Positions 19,690 through 29,132 are shown, counted from the stretch's first letter. The stretch: DNA of 64,000 bases from Gammaproteobacteria bacterium (GCA_965238175.1 CBDEGZ010000003.1:320001-384000); one strand, 5' to 3'. Program-made: numbers and translations. Notes: a model not told the origin generated them from the sequence alone.

Positions 19690-20312
19690 ATATGGATACG
19701 ATCAACAACCTTGATTTTGATGATGTCGGCAGTTGGCCATCATCTGTAAAACTAATTTCAGCAATACTATTGTTCGTCATTATCGTTTCGGGAGGCTGGT
19801 GGTTCCACCACAAAGATCAAAATGGGCAGCTCGAACTTGTTAAAGAAGAAGAGCAAAAATTAAAGACAACCTTCGAATTTAAACAGAAAAAAGCAGCCAA
19901 TTTAGATGCGTTGAAGCAACAGCTGGAAGATATTAAACAGTCCTTTGGTGATTTGCTTAAAAGGTTACCGGATAAAACCGAAGTCGCAGGTTTACTGGTT
20001 GATATTTCTCAACAAGGCCTTGGTTCAGGTCTTGAATTTGAATTGTTCAAACCAGGCAAAGAGAAGCAAACCGATTTTTATGTTGAGTTACCTATTCAGA
20101 TCCGAGTGGCGGGTGAGTATCACTCATTTGGACAGTTTGTCAGCGGTGTTGCCGATTTGCCAAGAATTGTGACGCAACATGACATCAGAATTTATAAAGA
20201 AGATAAACAGAAGGATGTTGAGCAAAGACTCATTATGGAGAGTGTCGCGAAAACTTACCGCTACATGGAAGACAAAGATGAAGAAGACACTGAGGAGGTT
20301 GCCGGACAATGA
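19686..20312 (+). CDS. pilO: Type IV pilus assembly protein PilO
   Basis: LPDKTEVAGLLVDIS, FYVELPI, LPRIVT; operon order. Confidence 0.95.
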   Translation: MNMDTINNLDFDDVGSWPSSVKLISAILLFVIIVSGGWWFHHKDQNGQLELVKEEEQKLKTTFEFKQKKAANLDALKQQLEDIKQSFGDLLKRLPDKTEVAGLLVDISQQGLGSGLEFELFKPGKEKQTDFYVELPIQIRVAGEYHSFGQFVSGVADLPRIVTQHDIRIYKEDKQKDVEQRLIMESVAKTYRYMEDKDEEDTEEVAGQ

Positions 20313-20854
20313 ATAAACGACTCCTGGCAATATTTGGAACAAGCTTTTTATTAGGTGGTTGTATCTCTGATGATATGGCCGGTCTGCATGTGTATGTTGA
20401 CGAAGTGAAAGGACGTAAAGGTGGTTATATAGAACCGTTACCTGAGATCAAACCTGTGGAGCGATATTTATATCAATCCGTAGATAAGCGAGATCCGTTT
20501 TCTTCCAGTTATCGAGAGAAGGATGAGGCTGAATCGGTCGTGATCAATTCAGAGCAACAGCGAAAGTTACATCGAGAGATAAGAGAGCGAAATAAAGAAG
20601 AGCTTGAGCATTTTGAGTTGGATAGTCTTCGTTTAGTAGGAACCTTAGAACAATCTAAAGGCTTGTGGGGAATTGTGAAGGATCCAGAAGGTACTATCCA
20701 CAGAGTTAAAGCGGGGAATTATCTGGGTAGGAATTACGGCAAAATTATGTCTGTTTCCGAAGAGAAAATTGAGCTAAGAGAAATTATTAAAGATTTGCAG
20801 GGAGCCTGGGAAGAAAGACCGGCGTCCATCGCATTATTAGATGATGAAGTATGA
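20309..20854 (+). CDS. pilP: Type IV pilus lipoprotein PilP
   Basis: Lipobox LLGGC, RDPF, KEELEHFELDSLRLVGTL, GNYLGRNYG. Confidence 0.95.
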   Translation: MNKRLLAIFGTSFLLGGCISDDMAGLHVYVDEVKGRKGGYIEPLPEIKPVERYLYQSVDKRDPFSSSYREKDEAESVVINSEQQRKLHREIRERNKEELEHFELDSLRLVGTLEQSKGLWGIVKDPEGTIHRVKAGNYLGRNYGKIMSVSEEKIELREIIKDLQGAWEERPASIALLDDEV

Positions 20855-20881
20855 CGGAATGTATAAAGGGGCACAAAGAAA

Positions 20882-23056
20882 ATGAATATCAACATATTAC
20901 GAACTAAAATCAACAGTCATCAAATGATCGAGAAGCGCGATATTTTAATGATTGGTCTTCTACTCTTTTTGCAAATCGTATTTTTGCAAAATGTGCTTGC
21001 TGGACCAACGCTAAGTGATATTGGATTTGTTTCTTTGCCAAGTGAACGAGTTCAAATCCGAATGGATTTTTCCGAGGCGTTACAAAAAGAACCTCTCAGC
21101 TTCACTATTGATAATCCCCCAAGGATTGCTCTTGATTTCCTAGGAGCTACGCTAGGTTTGAAAGATAAAACTCAATCTATAGGTATTGGCTCTGCACATA
21201 GTGTTACCGCTGTTCAGGCTAGTGGTCGTACTCGTGTTGTATTTAATCTTAAACAAATGGTTCCCTACGAGTTAAAGGTTACTGGCAATTCTGTGATTTT
21301 GACTTTGGGTAGTACAAAGGCAACGACTACAGCAGGCCTAAGTAATCTGGTGGCTAAAAATGATAGCCAGTCAGCCTCAATGGCAACGCAGCCGACAAAG
21401 AGCATGGCGAGACCCACTGCTCCACATATCGAAAATATCGATTTTCGCCGTGGCTCTAAAGGAGAAGGCCGTGTGATTATTACCTTATCGGATTCGACTA
21501 TTAATCCAGATATCAGAGAAAAAGCAGGCAAGATAAATATCGATTTCAAGGGTGCAACTTTGCCTGCGAATCTTGATCGCAAATTAGATGTGCTTGACTT
21601 TTCTACGCCGATCACAGAAATCAATACATTCCCGTACAAGGGTGGTACACGCATGGTCGTCACACCTCAGGGACATTATGAGCACCTGGCATATCAATCT
21701 GATGATCAATTAACAATTGAAGTGAAACCCTTATCTAAAAAGGAAAAGGAAGAACTGAAAAAAGACAAGTTTGGATACGTGGGTGAGAAACTTTCTCTCA
21801 ATTTTCAAAACATTGAAGTTCGAGCCGTTCTACAATTGATTGCAGACTTTACCGGTTTGAATATGGTTGCCAGTGATACCGTGGAGGGGACGGTTACATT
21901 GAGGTTGAAAAACGTTCCCTGGGATCAAGCGTTGGATATCATCTTGAAATCCAAAGGATTAGATATGCGTAAAAACGGTAATGTCATCATGGTTGCTCCT
22001 TCGGAAGAAATAGCGACCTATGAAAAATTGGAGCTTGAAGCAAGCCTGGCACTTGAAGAGTTGGCTCCACTACATACTGAATTTATGCAGATCAATTATG
22101 CAAAAGCAGCAGATATAGCGGATTTGTTAAAAGACGAGTCGAATAATTTGCTTTCAGAACGTGGCAATATCACATTAGACGAGCGTACTAATACTTTGTT
22201 AGTGCAAGATACTGCAACAAAGTTGGAAGATATGTACAAGGTGATTTCGACTCTGGATATTCCAGTGAGACAAGTTTTGATCGAGTCTCGAGTGGTCATT
22301 GCGGATGAAGATTTTTCCAAAGATCTTGGTGTTCGATTTGGTTTGAGTTATAACTCACTTGATCAAGATAATAATGTTGGAGCATTAATTGGTGGTCGTC
22401 GTGGCGGTGATACAGGCGGCTTGGGTACAGCATTTGGAGAAGGTGAAGCAGGTAGCGGTCTTAATGAGCATTATATAGTTAACTTGCCTGCGGCTGCTCC
22501 AAATGCCGGTTCAATTGGTCTTGCTTTAGGTAAGATTGGTAGTCACCTACTGCATTTGGAATTATCTGCCTTGCAACAAGAAGGCCGTGGTGAAGTGGTT
22601 TCAAGCCCCCGTGTCATAACGGCTAACCAAAAAGAAGCTGTGATTGAACAAGGTACAGAAATTCCATACCAAGAATCTACCTCTAGCGGTGCAACTTCAA
22701 CATCATTCAAAAAAGCTGTATTAAGTTTGCGTGTAACACCACAGATTACACCAGATGACCGCATCATTATGGATCTCACGGTGAATAAAGATGCAGTTGG
22801 TGAAGTTTTTAATAATATTCCGAGTATCGACACACAGAAGGTTCAGACACAGGTGTTGGTTGACAATGGTGAGACGGTCGTTTTGGGTGGTGTGTTTTCA
22901 CAGACAAGACGAAATGAAGTTGATCGAGTGCCATTTTTCAGTGACCTTCCTTATTTGGGTTGGATGTTTAAAGGCACTCACGTTGAGAATGACAAAAATG
23001 AATTACTGATCTTCGTAACACCAAAGATTCTTAAGGACAGTATAACCTCCCGTTAA
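20882..23056 (+). CDS. pilQ: Type IV pilus secretin PilQ
   Basis: AMIN domains, LSLNFQNIEVRAVLQ, VPWDQAL, secretin C-terminus ELLIFVTPKI. Confidence 0.96.
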   Translation: MNINILRTKINSHQMIEKRDILMIGLLLFLQIVFLQNVLAGPTLSDIGFVSLPSERVQIRMDFSEALQKEPLSFTIDNPPRIALDFLGATLGLKDKTQSIGIGSAHSVTAVQASGRTRVVFNLKQMVPYELKVTGNSVILTLGSTKATTTAGLSNLVAKNDSQSASMATQPTKSMARPTAPHIENIDFRRGSKGEGRVIITLSDSTINPDIREKAGKINIDFKGATLPANLDRKLDVLDFSTPITEINTFPYKGGTRMVVTPQGHYEHLAYQSDDQLTIEVKPLSKKEKEELKKDKFGYVGEKLSLNFQNIEVRAVLQLIADFTGLNMVASDTVEGTVTLRLKNVPWDQALDIILKSKGLDMRKNGNVIMVAPSEEIATYEKLELEASLALEELAPLHTEFMQINYAKAADIADLLKDESNNLLSERGNITLDERTNTLLVQDTATKLEDMYKVISTLDIPVRQVLIESRVVIADEDFSKDLGVRFGLSYNSLDQDNNVGALIGGRRGGDTGGLGTAFGEGEAGSGLNEHYIVNLPAAAPNAGSIGLALGKIGSHLLHLELSALQQEGRGEVVSSPRVITANQKEAVIEQGTEIPYQESTSSGATSTSFKKAVLSLRVTPQITPDDRIIMDLTVNKDAVGEVFNNIPSIDTQKVQTQVLVDNGETVVLGGVFSQTRRNEVDRVPFFSDLPYLGWMFKGTHVENDKNELLIFVTPKILKDSITSR

Positions 23057-23071
23057 TACAAACCTTTCAAC

Positions 23072-24297
23072 TGTAGAAGTTTAGACCCAATCTGACACAT
23101 CACTAAATCAAGCGGAGCGTAGCGACGCTTGATTTAGTGAGAGTTACCCGCTTTGATGTAACTGCAACGTAAACATCAAAACACAAAGAGGTAACTCTCA
23201 TGATTCATACTAATGACAAAGTTATAAAACATAAAGTTGGTCTACTCAATCTCGCTGAAGAACTCGGCAATGTCTCAAAAGCCTGCAAGATGATGGGTTT
23301 GTCCAGAGATACATTTTATCGCTACAAAGAAGCGGCTGATGAAGGCGGTGTAGAAGCCTTGTTTGATCGTAATCGGCGTACCCCAAATCTTAAAAACAGA
23401 ATCGACCCGGCTATTGAAACCGTTGTGCTCGAGTATGCACTGGAAGAGCCCGCACATGGTCAAACGCGCACCAGTAACGAGCTGCGCAAACGGGGAACAT
23501 TTGTCTCACCCAGTGGCGTTCGTTGTATCTGGCTTCGTCATGGTCTTGCTTGCTTTAAAGATCGCCTGAAGGCATTGTCTGATAAGGTAGCTGGTGAAGG
23601 CTTGATCCTCACTGAGTCTCAAGTCGCGGCGATGGAACGCAAGAAAGACGACGATGAGGCTTGTGGCGAGATAGAGACGGCACACCCTGGTTATCTTGGC
23701 TCGCAAGATACTTACTATGTCGGTACTTTCAAAGGCATTGGTCGGGTTTATCAACAAACGTTTGTTGATACTTACAGCAAGGTCGCTCACGCGAAACTGT
23801 ACCCGACTAAAACACCGATTACGGCAGCTGACATGCTCAATGACCGCGTCCTCCCATTCTACGAAGAACAACGTTTGCCTATGTTGCGCATTTTGACAGA
23901 TAGAGGGACGGAGTATTGTGGGCGAGCTGACCAGCATGATTATCAGCTTTATATGGCGTTGAACAATATCGAACACACCAAAACCAAGGTCAAATCACCT
24001 CAGACGAATGGTATTTGTGAGCGATTCCATAAGACGATCCTCAATGAGTTTTATCAAGTCGCTTTGCGTAAGAAAATTTACCAATCGATTGATGAACTGC
24101 AACTCGACCTTGACGAATGGTTGCTCAAATACAATACTCAACGAACTCACCAAGGCAAAATGTGCTGCGGGAGGACGCCGATGGAAACACTCATCGACGG
24201 ACAAGCTATCTGGAAGGAAAAGTTTTTGAACTAAACTTAACCTGACAGTCAGTTACAGAAAAAGGGGTAACTGTCAGATCAAGTCTGAATTTCTACA
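23072..24297 (+). mobile_element. IS481-family insertion sequence (1226 bp)
   Basis: TGT...ACA ends; 26-bp imperfect IR TGTAGAAGTTTAGACCCAATCTGACA versus the right-end reverse complement TGTAGAAATTCAGACTTGATCTGACA; single transposase. The flanks (TTCAAC / TCTGAT) show no duplication. Confidence 0.92.
23200..24234 (+). CDS. IS481-family DDE transposase
   Basis: LAEELGNVSKACK HTH; GSQDT, LTDRGTEYCG, QTNGICERFHKT (DDE); YN..RTHQG. Confidence 0.95.
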   Translation: MIHTNDKVIKHKVGLLNLAEELGNVSKACKMMGLSRDTFYRYKEAADEGGVEALFDRNRRTPNLKNRIDPAIETVVLEYALEEPAHGQTRTSNELRKRGTFVSPSGVRCIWLRHGLACFKDRLKALSDKVAGEGLILTESQVAAMERKKDDDEACGEIETAHPGYLGSQDTYYVGTFKGIGRVYQQTFVDTYSKVAHAKLYPTKTPITAADMLNDRVLPFYEEQRLPMLRILTDRGTEYCGRADQHDYQLYMALNNIEHTKTKVKSPQTNGICERFHKTILNEFYQVALRKKIYQSIDELQLDLDEWLLKYNTQRTHQGKMCCGRTPMETLIDGQAIWKEKFLN

Positions 24298-24494
24298 TCT
24301 GATGACATTTCAAACTCCTCCTCTATATTGAAGTCAGACCATAGTTGAAAAATATGTTTCACATCTTATGGAACACATGAGCTATGGCTGCGTATAAGTA
24401 TAGACAATCTTTATAATCTAACTCAGGATTATTTATCAGAGCGACTGCGTAATCTGCTATCAAATTCACATTCTTTATTTCATTTTGTAATCCA

Positions 24495-24920
24495 TTATTC
24501 TCCGTCATTTATATTCTCACTTTTTGCAATAACCATATTAATTGTAGGCACTAACGCTTCAATTGAACCTGTCGTATCTACCTTATCCATGAATAATTTT
24601 AAGTGCTTTCCTAAAAGCTCTAATGACTTGTTGCTATCACTTATTTTGCCATTTTCTCTAGCAATACCATGATTCTCTTTCAGTTGCTCTAGTACCCATT
24701 CAGCCGTTATCTGTGTACGTTCTGAGCGTTCTTTCATTGCTTCTTGAATCGCTTTTGCGACATTAGGTTTTGTTAAGTTTTCACAACCAATCTCTTTAGC
24801 GGTATCTTTACTATACCCAGCCCTTATTGCTGCCTGTGTAGCGTTTAGGTCAATTAGGTATTCTTCTACAAACGTTTGTTGCTTGTTGGTTAATCCTTGT
24901 AGGTTTGCTTCTTGATTCAT
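24495..24920 (-). CDS. terS: Terminase small subunit (Terminase_2-like)
   Basis: LTNKQQTFVEEYLIDLNATQAAIRAGYS..TAKEIGCENLTKPNV and LELLGKHLKLF signatures. Confidence 0.92.
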   Translation of the reverse strand: MNQEANLQGLTNKQQTFVEEYLIDLNATQAAIRAGYSKDTAKEIGCENLTKPNVAKAIQEAMKERSERTQITAEWVLEQLKENHGIARENGKISDSNKSLELLGKHLKLFMDKVDTTGSIEALVPTINMVIAKSENINDGE

Positions 24921-24948
24921 ACTATTTTTTCCATTTGCCTATCACTGT

Positions 24949-26580
24949 TCAGGGCTCTTGTAGCTGCTCATTAACCCGCCCTGAATTCATTAACGCCTGA
25001 ATCAATGCTGTTTTCTTGGGATCATTATTAAGGTATTGCTTTACACTCCCTTTTTTCATAAGACTATCTGCTAGTAGCGCAGCTTTCGCTTTCACCTTTG
25101 GCTTATCAAATGTATTTAGTACGTAACCTAAAGCAGCACCACTTGGGCCGCCAATGCTATAACCGGCAGCAGGATTCAACAGGGTTGTTAAAGAACTATT
25201 ATTTAAGTTCTCAATACGATTTGATTTCTGCTCTAACTGTTTCGATAGTGCCAATAGAAGCCCTTCCCTAGCGTTTAGATCCTTTACCTCAGGAACAATA
25301 TCCTCGAGTTTTTCCTTCGCCGCTTTTGCCATCGCTCGTCGTGTGTCATCTGTGACCTGATTCGACTTTAAGTTCTTCGCATCAAACTTTATCTTCTTGT
25401 AAGCATTAGTTTTAAATTTCTGAAGTTCTGCGGGTGTCAGCGTGTCCTTCCCAATCTTCCTCATATGTTGATCGAAAGTACTAATAACTGAATCAATCGC
25501 GGCTAAATCATGTGGAGCATCAACCTTCGCCCCGCCGTATTGTTTACGTAAATCTTTAAGCTTCGAGTAAAGAACTTCTTTACGAACCTTCTTACCAGAA
25601 TTGGTAGCATTATCGATTAGTCTATGTATCTCTTGGTTAATGTTCGATGTGATACTGTCAATCTTATCCATGCCTTTGTAGGTAGGTGCTATCTGTTCAT
25701 CTAACATTGTTTTGATCATTTTATCTCTATCAGGTCTTGGCGTTGTCGTGTTGAATTTGACCGCACTTGCCATCTGATTATGAGCAAAGTTTTTAGGAAC
25801 CATTTTCCCGGCAGTTACTGTCGCTGTGTTCTTAACAAGGTTTACCGGATCAATAGCTGTCCCAGCCTTAAGCGCCGTTTTACCGAGTAATGGCGCGCCA
25901 CCCGTTAATACTGATGATACGTCTAGCAACGCACCTACCGGATCAGTTTCCAATGTATTAATGATTTCTTGTTTGCCACCGTATCTATTCTTCAATGCGC
26001 CAACTAAGGCGTCAGCATATTTCTCGTTACCTTGCTCTCCAGGTATTGCTTTTTGAAGAGCACCAGTGCCAAGGTTCCAAACGCCTTTCCCTGTCTCAAT
26101 TGGATGGCTTACTGTTTGGTATAAAGCTTTTGCTAGATCGCCGGCACTTGATGGAATGTTTTTAACCATATCCATTCCTGAGAATACCTCTGGGTTATCG
26201 GATTGTTCCTTGCTGTATTCATCCGGTGTTTGTTGCTTGAACCCTGCTGGAAAATTTGAAGGGTCATTAAAAAAGCCTGCCCTTGAACCGTCAGAAGCTC
26301 TTGGATTATTCAGGATGGGTGGGGTTGCTTCTCTAATAATTCCATTAGAAATACTGTCCACTGAATCAGCGCTTTCTTCTAACGGCATTGCCTGTCTTGA
26401 TGGCATTGAAGTCTGTGTGTTTACTGCTTGCTGTGCTTGAGCTGGAGAGGTCGCTTTAAACGATCTAACCTGTTCGATAGTCACGCCCTGAGAAGAGATG
26501 TAAGAATCTATATCACTTTCTGGTGCGCCCATGCCTGCCATCTTTGTAACGTTTCTTTTTATCTTTGCTAAGTCAGTCAT
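24949..26580 (-). CDS. Putative phage DNA-ejection/internal virion protein (P22 gp16-like analogue)
   Basis: Ala/Gly/Lys-rich helical composition; N-terminal KIKRNVTKMAGMGAPESDIDSYI; NIPSSA..HPIETGKG..RYGG..DPVGALLDVSSVLTGG segment; Gly/Ala-rich hydrophobic C-terminal stretch. Family call by recognition only. Confidence 0.55.
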   Translation of the reverse strand: MTDLAKIKRNVTKMAGMGAPESDIDSYISSQGVTIEQVRSFKATSPAQAQQAVNTQTSMPSRQAMPLEESADSVDSISNGIIREATPPILNNPRASDGSRAGFFNDPSNFPAGFKQQTPDEYSKEQSDNPEVFSGMDMVKNIPSSAGDLAKALYQTVSHPIETGKGVWNLGTGALQKAIPGEQGNEKYADALVGALKNRYGGKQEIINTLETDPVGALLDVSSVLTGGAPLLGKTALKAGTAIDPVNLVKNTATVTAGKMVPKNFAHNQMASAVKFNTTTPRPDRDKMIKTMLDEQIAPTYKGMDKIDSITSNINQEIHRLIDNATNSGKKVRKEVLYSKLKDLRKQYGGAKVDAPHDLAAIDSVISTFDQHMRKIGKDTLTPAELQKFKTNAYKKIKFDAKNLKSNQVTDDTRRAMAKAAKEKLEDIVPEVKDLNAREGLLLALSKQLEQKSNRIENLNNSSLTTLLNPAAGYSIGGPSGAALGYVLNTFDKPKVKAKAALLADSLMKKGSVKQYLNNDPKKTALIQALMNSGRVNEQLQEP

Positions 26581-27788
26581 TATTCAAGTCCGTATTTTTC
26601 GTTTAAATTTACTGTGGGTTGTTGTGATGCTTCTGGACGGGCGTTGGGAGTATCAAGCGCATTATGGAAATCATCCATTGTTGGTAATTTGCCATTCCAC
26701 CCTTGTAGTGTGCCGTTCTCCCTGAAGTACTTAGCCGAAGATTGTTTGGCTTCAAAACTAAGCACCATTTGTCTTTCGAGATTCTCTAAGCGTCTGATAT
26801 TCTCAGACTCTTGAAGGTTCTCGTTATAAGCACGTGCAATCAGTTTATCCCCTTCGTTTTCTGTATATTGCGGACCCAATAATTCCCTTAAGTTTCTTTG
26901 AACGACCTCTTCAACCCGTTCCCTGTTATTAATTGATTCGGGGTTTGTGAATTTCCTGATTGAGTCGGGGATCGAACCAACAATAGGCCCAGTTAGATTG
27001 TCACTATTTTTTAATGCTTCCGTCGCCTCTTTGATCTGATTAATGTTTTTAACTTGGGACGACGCGCCACCTGTGGTGAAGTCAACATGCTTCGCAGCAT
27101 AAACTTGATCGGTTTTCTCTTGGCCTTTCGTTTGATCGTAACCAAGCCCTACGTTATTAACCGTCCTTGCGGCCCCTGCTGCTGAAATAGCGGCTTTTTG
27201 TTGAACCTGCTGAGGCGTCATCACTGCGTCAGGCCGCGAGCTTACTTCACCTGTAAACACATTCCTTTGACCGATTACATTACCGTTATTATCATGTACA
27301 GGAACGATTTGTGATTCCCGCCCCCTCAATTCATGATCGAATTGGGCCGTCTGTTTATGAGTATTGAAGCCGGCATCCCTTTCCTGTTGCTTTGCATATC
27401 CATCTAATTTCATTTGTGCCACGAGGCGCGGATGAGTTTGAACAATACTATCGACGAGTACTTGATATCCTGCGCCTGCTCCACCGCCCTCAAACTGACC
27501 AGTCTCTGGATTCAATGTTCCTTTTTCGGCTTCCTTGGATTTCTGTATGGCTGCTACAAGCGCTTGCTTTCGTACCGATTCCTTTTCCTGTTCCTCGCCC
27601 CTTATTTTGCTTGCCTGATAAGCGCCGACACCTGCTTGTGCAACTCTTGCCAAACCCTCAACAACTGAACCTACCGGCTCTGTTGAAGTCCCTCGTTGTT
27701 GTAATGCCTGCGCGAGTGCAAGCCTATGCTGTACTTGTTGCTGTGGCGCTTGCTGCTCTTCACCGAAGAAGCTAACTGTTCTGCTCAT
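26580..27788 (-). CDS. Putative phage DNA-ejection/internal virion protein (P22 gp20-like analogue)
   Basis: Q/A-rich N-terminus RLALAQALQQRG..EGLARVAQAGVGAY; C-terminal LRELLGPQYTENEGDKLIARAYN; stop overlaps the next start (TAATG). Family call by recognition only. Confidence 0.55.
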   Translation of the reverse strand: MSRTVSFFGEEQQAPQQQVQHRLALAQALQQRGTSTEPVGSVVEGLARVAQAGVGAYQASKIRGEEQEKESVRKQALVAAIQKSKEAEKGTLNPETGQFEGGGAGAGYQVLVDSIVQTHPRLVAQMKLDGYAKQQERDAGFNTHKQTAQFDHELRGRESQIVPVHDNNGNVIGQRNVFTGEVSSRPDAVMTPQQVQQKAAISAAGAARTVNNVGLGYDQTKGQEKTDQVYAAKHVDFTTGGASSQVKNINQIKEATEALKNSDNLTGPIVGSIPDSIRKFTNPESINNRERVEEVVQRNLRELLGPQYTENEGDKLIARAYNENLQESENIRRLENLERQMVLSFEAKQSSAKYFRENGTLQGWNGKLPTMDDFHNALDTPNARPEASQQPTVNLNEKYGLE

Positions 27789-27877
27789 TTTCTTTTCCTC
27801 TTTCAGTTCCTACTTGTTAATAAGTTGTTTCTTTATGTCCTGCTTTAATCGTTAACCCTATGGTAGATCTAAGAAGG

Positions 27878-28013
27878 AACACGTATAGCGTGTCAGTGAT
27901 ATTGTTTTATCGACACGTCTGTCGTGTCATAAACCGTGTTTTTGGCTACTTTTTGGGGTGGTGGATGGGTCTTTAACACGTATAACGTGTCGGCAGGTGA
28001 CGATATACGTGTT
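27878..28013. repeat. Palindromic iteron-like repeats RACACG-N5-CGTGTC (candidate satellite origin)
   Basis: AACACGTATAGCGTGTC (27878-27894), GACACGTCTGTCGTGTC (27912-27928), AACACGTATAACGTGTC (27975-27991), plus a weaker copy at 27997-28013. Confidence 0.65.
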
Positions 28014-28477
28014 CGTGACTTTAATTTTGCATCGCCTTTCTTTAACTGATTTCTTCTTGGTTTTGCCCAAATGGACACTTCTTTTTTCCAATCATTTGAG
28101 GGAATGTTTGTTTCGGGTATATCCAGTTTTCCATTACATTCATTGATAGCAAAAAAGGTAATCCCATAGAGCGTCGGGATCTTTAATCCACCTTGTCTTG
28201 TTTGGACAATCCACCTATAGTGAAGCAACTCTTTTTTAGCATTCCCTAGCGTTTCACGTGACTTCCAGCCGCGCTTTTCCATGATTGTCCAAACGGCGCA
28301 CAAGTCCCCATTGTTAACGACCCCACCAGATTTAAATCTAAGCTGACTTATCAGATCAAAAAGTAACTTACATCCTGAAGTAGTCAACAAGAAAAAGTTT
28401 TTGTGGTTTAAAACACTTGCAGGGAGAGCAATAAACGCTCCCCCTTCACGGCGATTCTTGGCATTCCGTCTATTCAT
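27893..28477 (-). CDS. Putative wHTH replication initiator of the satellite
   Basis: FIALPASVL..NNGDL..RGWKSRETL..KELL..WIVQTRQGG..PTLYGIT, a family I associate with alpA-linked islands. It occupies the replication slot and has repeats at its 3' end. Confidence 0.5.
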   Translation of the reverse strand: MNRRNAKNRREGGAFIALPASVLNHKNFFLLTTSGCKLLFDLISQLRFKSGGVVNNGDLCAVWTIMEKRGWKSRETLGNAKKELLHYRWIVQTRQGGLKIPTLYGITFFAINECNGKLDIPETNIPSNDWKKEVSIWAKPRRNQLKKGDAKLKSRTRISSPADTLYVLKTHPPPQKVAKNTVYDTTDVSIKQYH

Positions 28478-28809
28478 TTAGCTGCCTCCGTGATCTTCTG
28501 AGCTTTTAGCAAATTGAAATCATCAAGCCAGTAGCGTTTTACCTCAGTGGTCTTTGTTCCATTGACACAAGGTACAGTTTCAAACTTTCTTCTGATCTGT
28601 ATACCAAGCTCCTCAATCTTGCTGATGGTGCTATTCAGGCATGTCTCATTTAGAGATCTAATTGCATCAAACCTGTTCAATGATCTTCCTTCCGCAAAAG
28701 CCGAAAGAACACCGAACATTTTTGTATCTCTTTTGATGATAGGTATGTTAAAATTCAGTTCCGGCGCTGAATTGGCTACCCCTTCGGGGGTAATCGATTT
28801 ATCTTTCAT
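28474..28809 (-). CDS. Winged-helix DNA-binding protein (HTH_39-like)
   Basis: SLNRFDA..TCLNSTISKI..GIQIRR..VP..G..VKRYWL pattern; directly downstream of alpA. Confidence 0.6.
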   Translation of the reverse strand: MKDKSITPEGVANSAPELNFNIPIIKRDTKMFGVLSAFAEGRSLNRFDAIRSLNETCLNSTISKIEELGIQIRRKFETVPCVNGTKTTEVKRYWLDDFNLLKAQKITEAAK

Positions 28810-28821
28810 CTCTCCACCTCC

Positions 28822-29019
28822 TTATGCGACTTCATTACACGAAGCATTGATTCGATCATAAATCCAAGTATCAACTTGAGATTCAACCCAGCCTGAAGCT
28901 CGACGGCCTAAACTAATTTGCTTCGGGAATTCTTTGTTACGGATTTTTTCGTATATTGAAGAACGTGATAAACCAGTTCTTTTTGTTACGTCTTTTAATC
29001 TTAGAATTGTTTCAGTCAT
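28822..29019 (-). CDS. alpA: AlpA-family regulator/excisionase
   Basis: ILRLKDVTKRTGLSRSSIYEKI..FPKQISLG.RASGWVESQVDTWI. Confidence 0.95.
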   Translation of the reverse strand: MTETILRLKDVTKRTGLSRSSIYEKIRNKEFPKQISLGRRASGWVESQVDTWIYDRINASCNEVA

Positions 29020-29065
29020 TGATAATCACCTTTGGTTGTTAATGGTGATTAGAAATATAATGACT

Positions 29066-29111
29066 AAAAGTTGTCATAGCCGAGCGTAAAACTTAGTCTA
29101 TGACAACTTTT
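29066..29111. promoter_or_regulatory. Perfect 14-bp inverted repeat upstream of alpA (candidate operator)
   Basis: AAAAGTTGTCATAG-N18-CTATGACAACTTTT. Confidence 0.6.
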
Positions 29112-29132
29112 TATTTTATAGTGAAAAAAGTT

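Noticed and set aside
24298-24494. Distal att site or terL start after terS
   Set aside because: No match to the tRNA-Thr 3' end; the ATG overlapping the terS stop gives only a 6-residue peptide.
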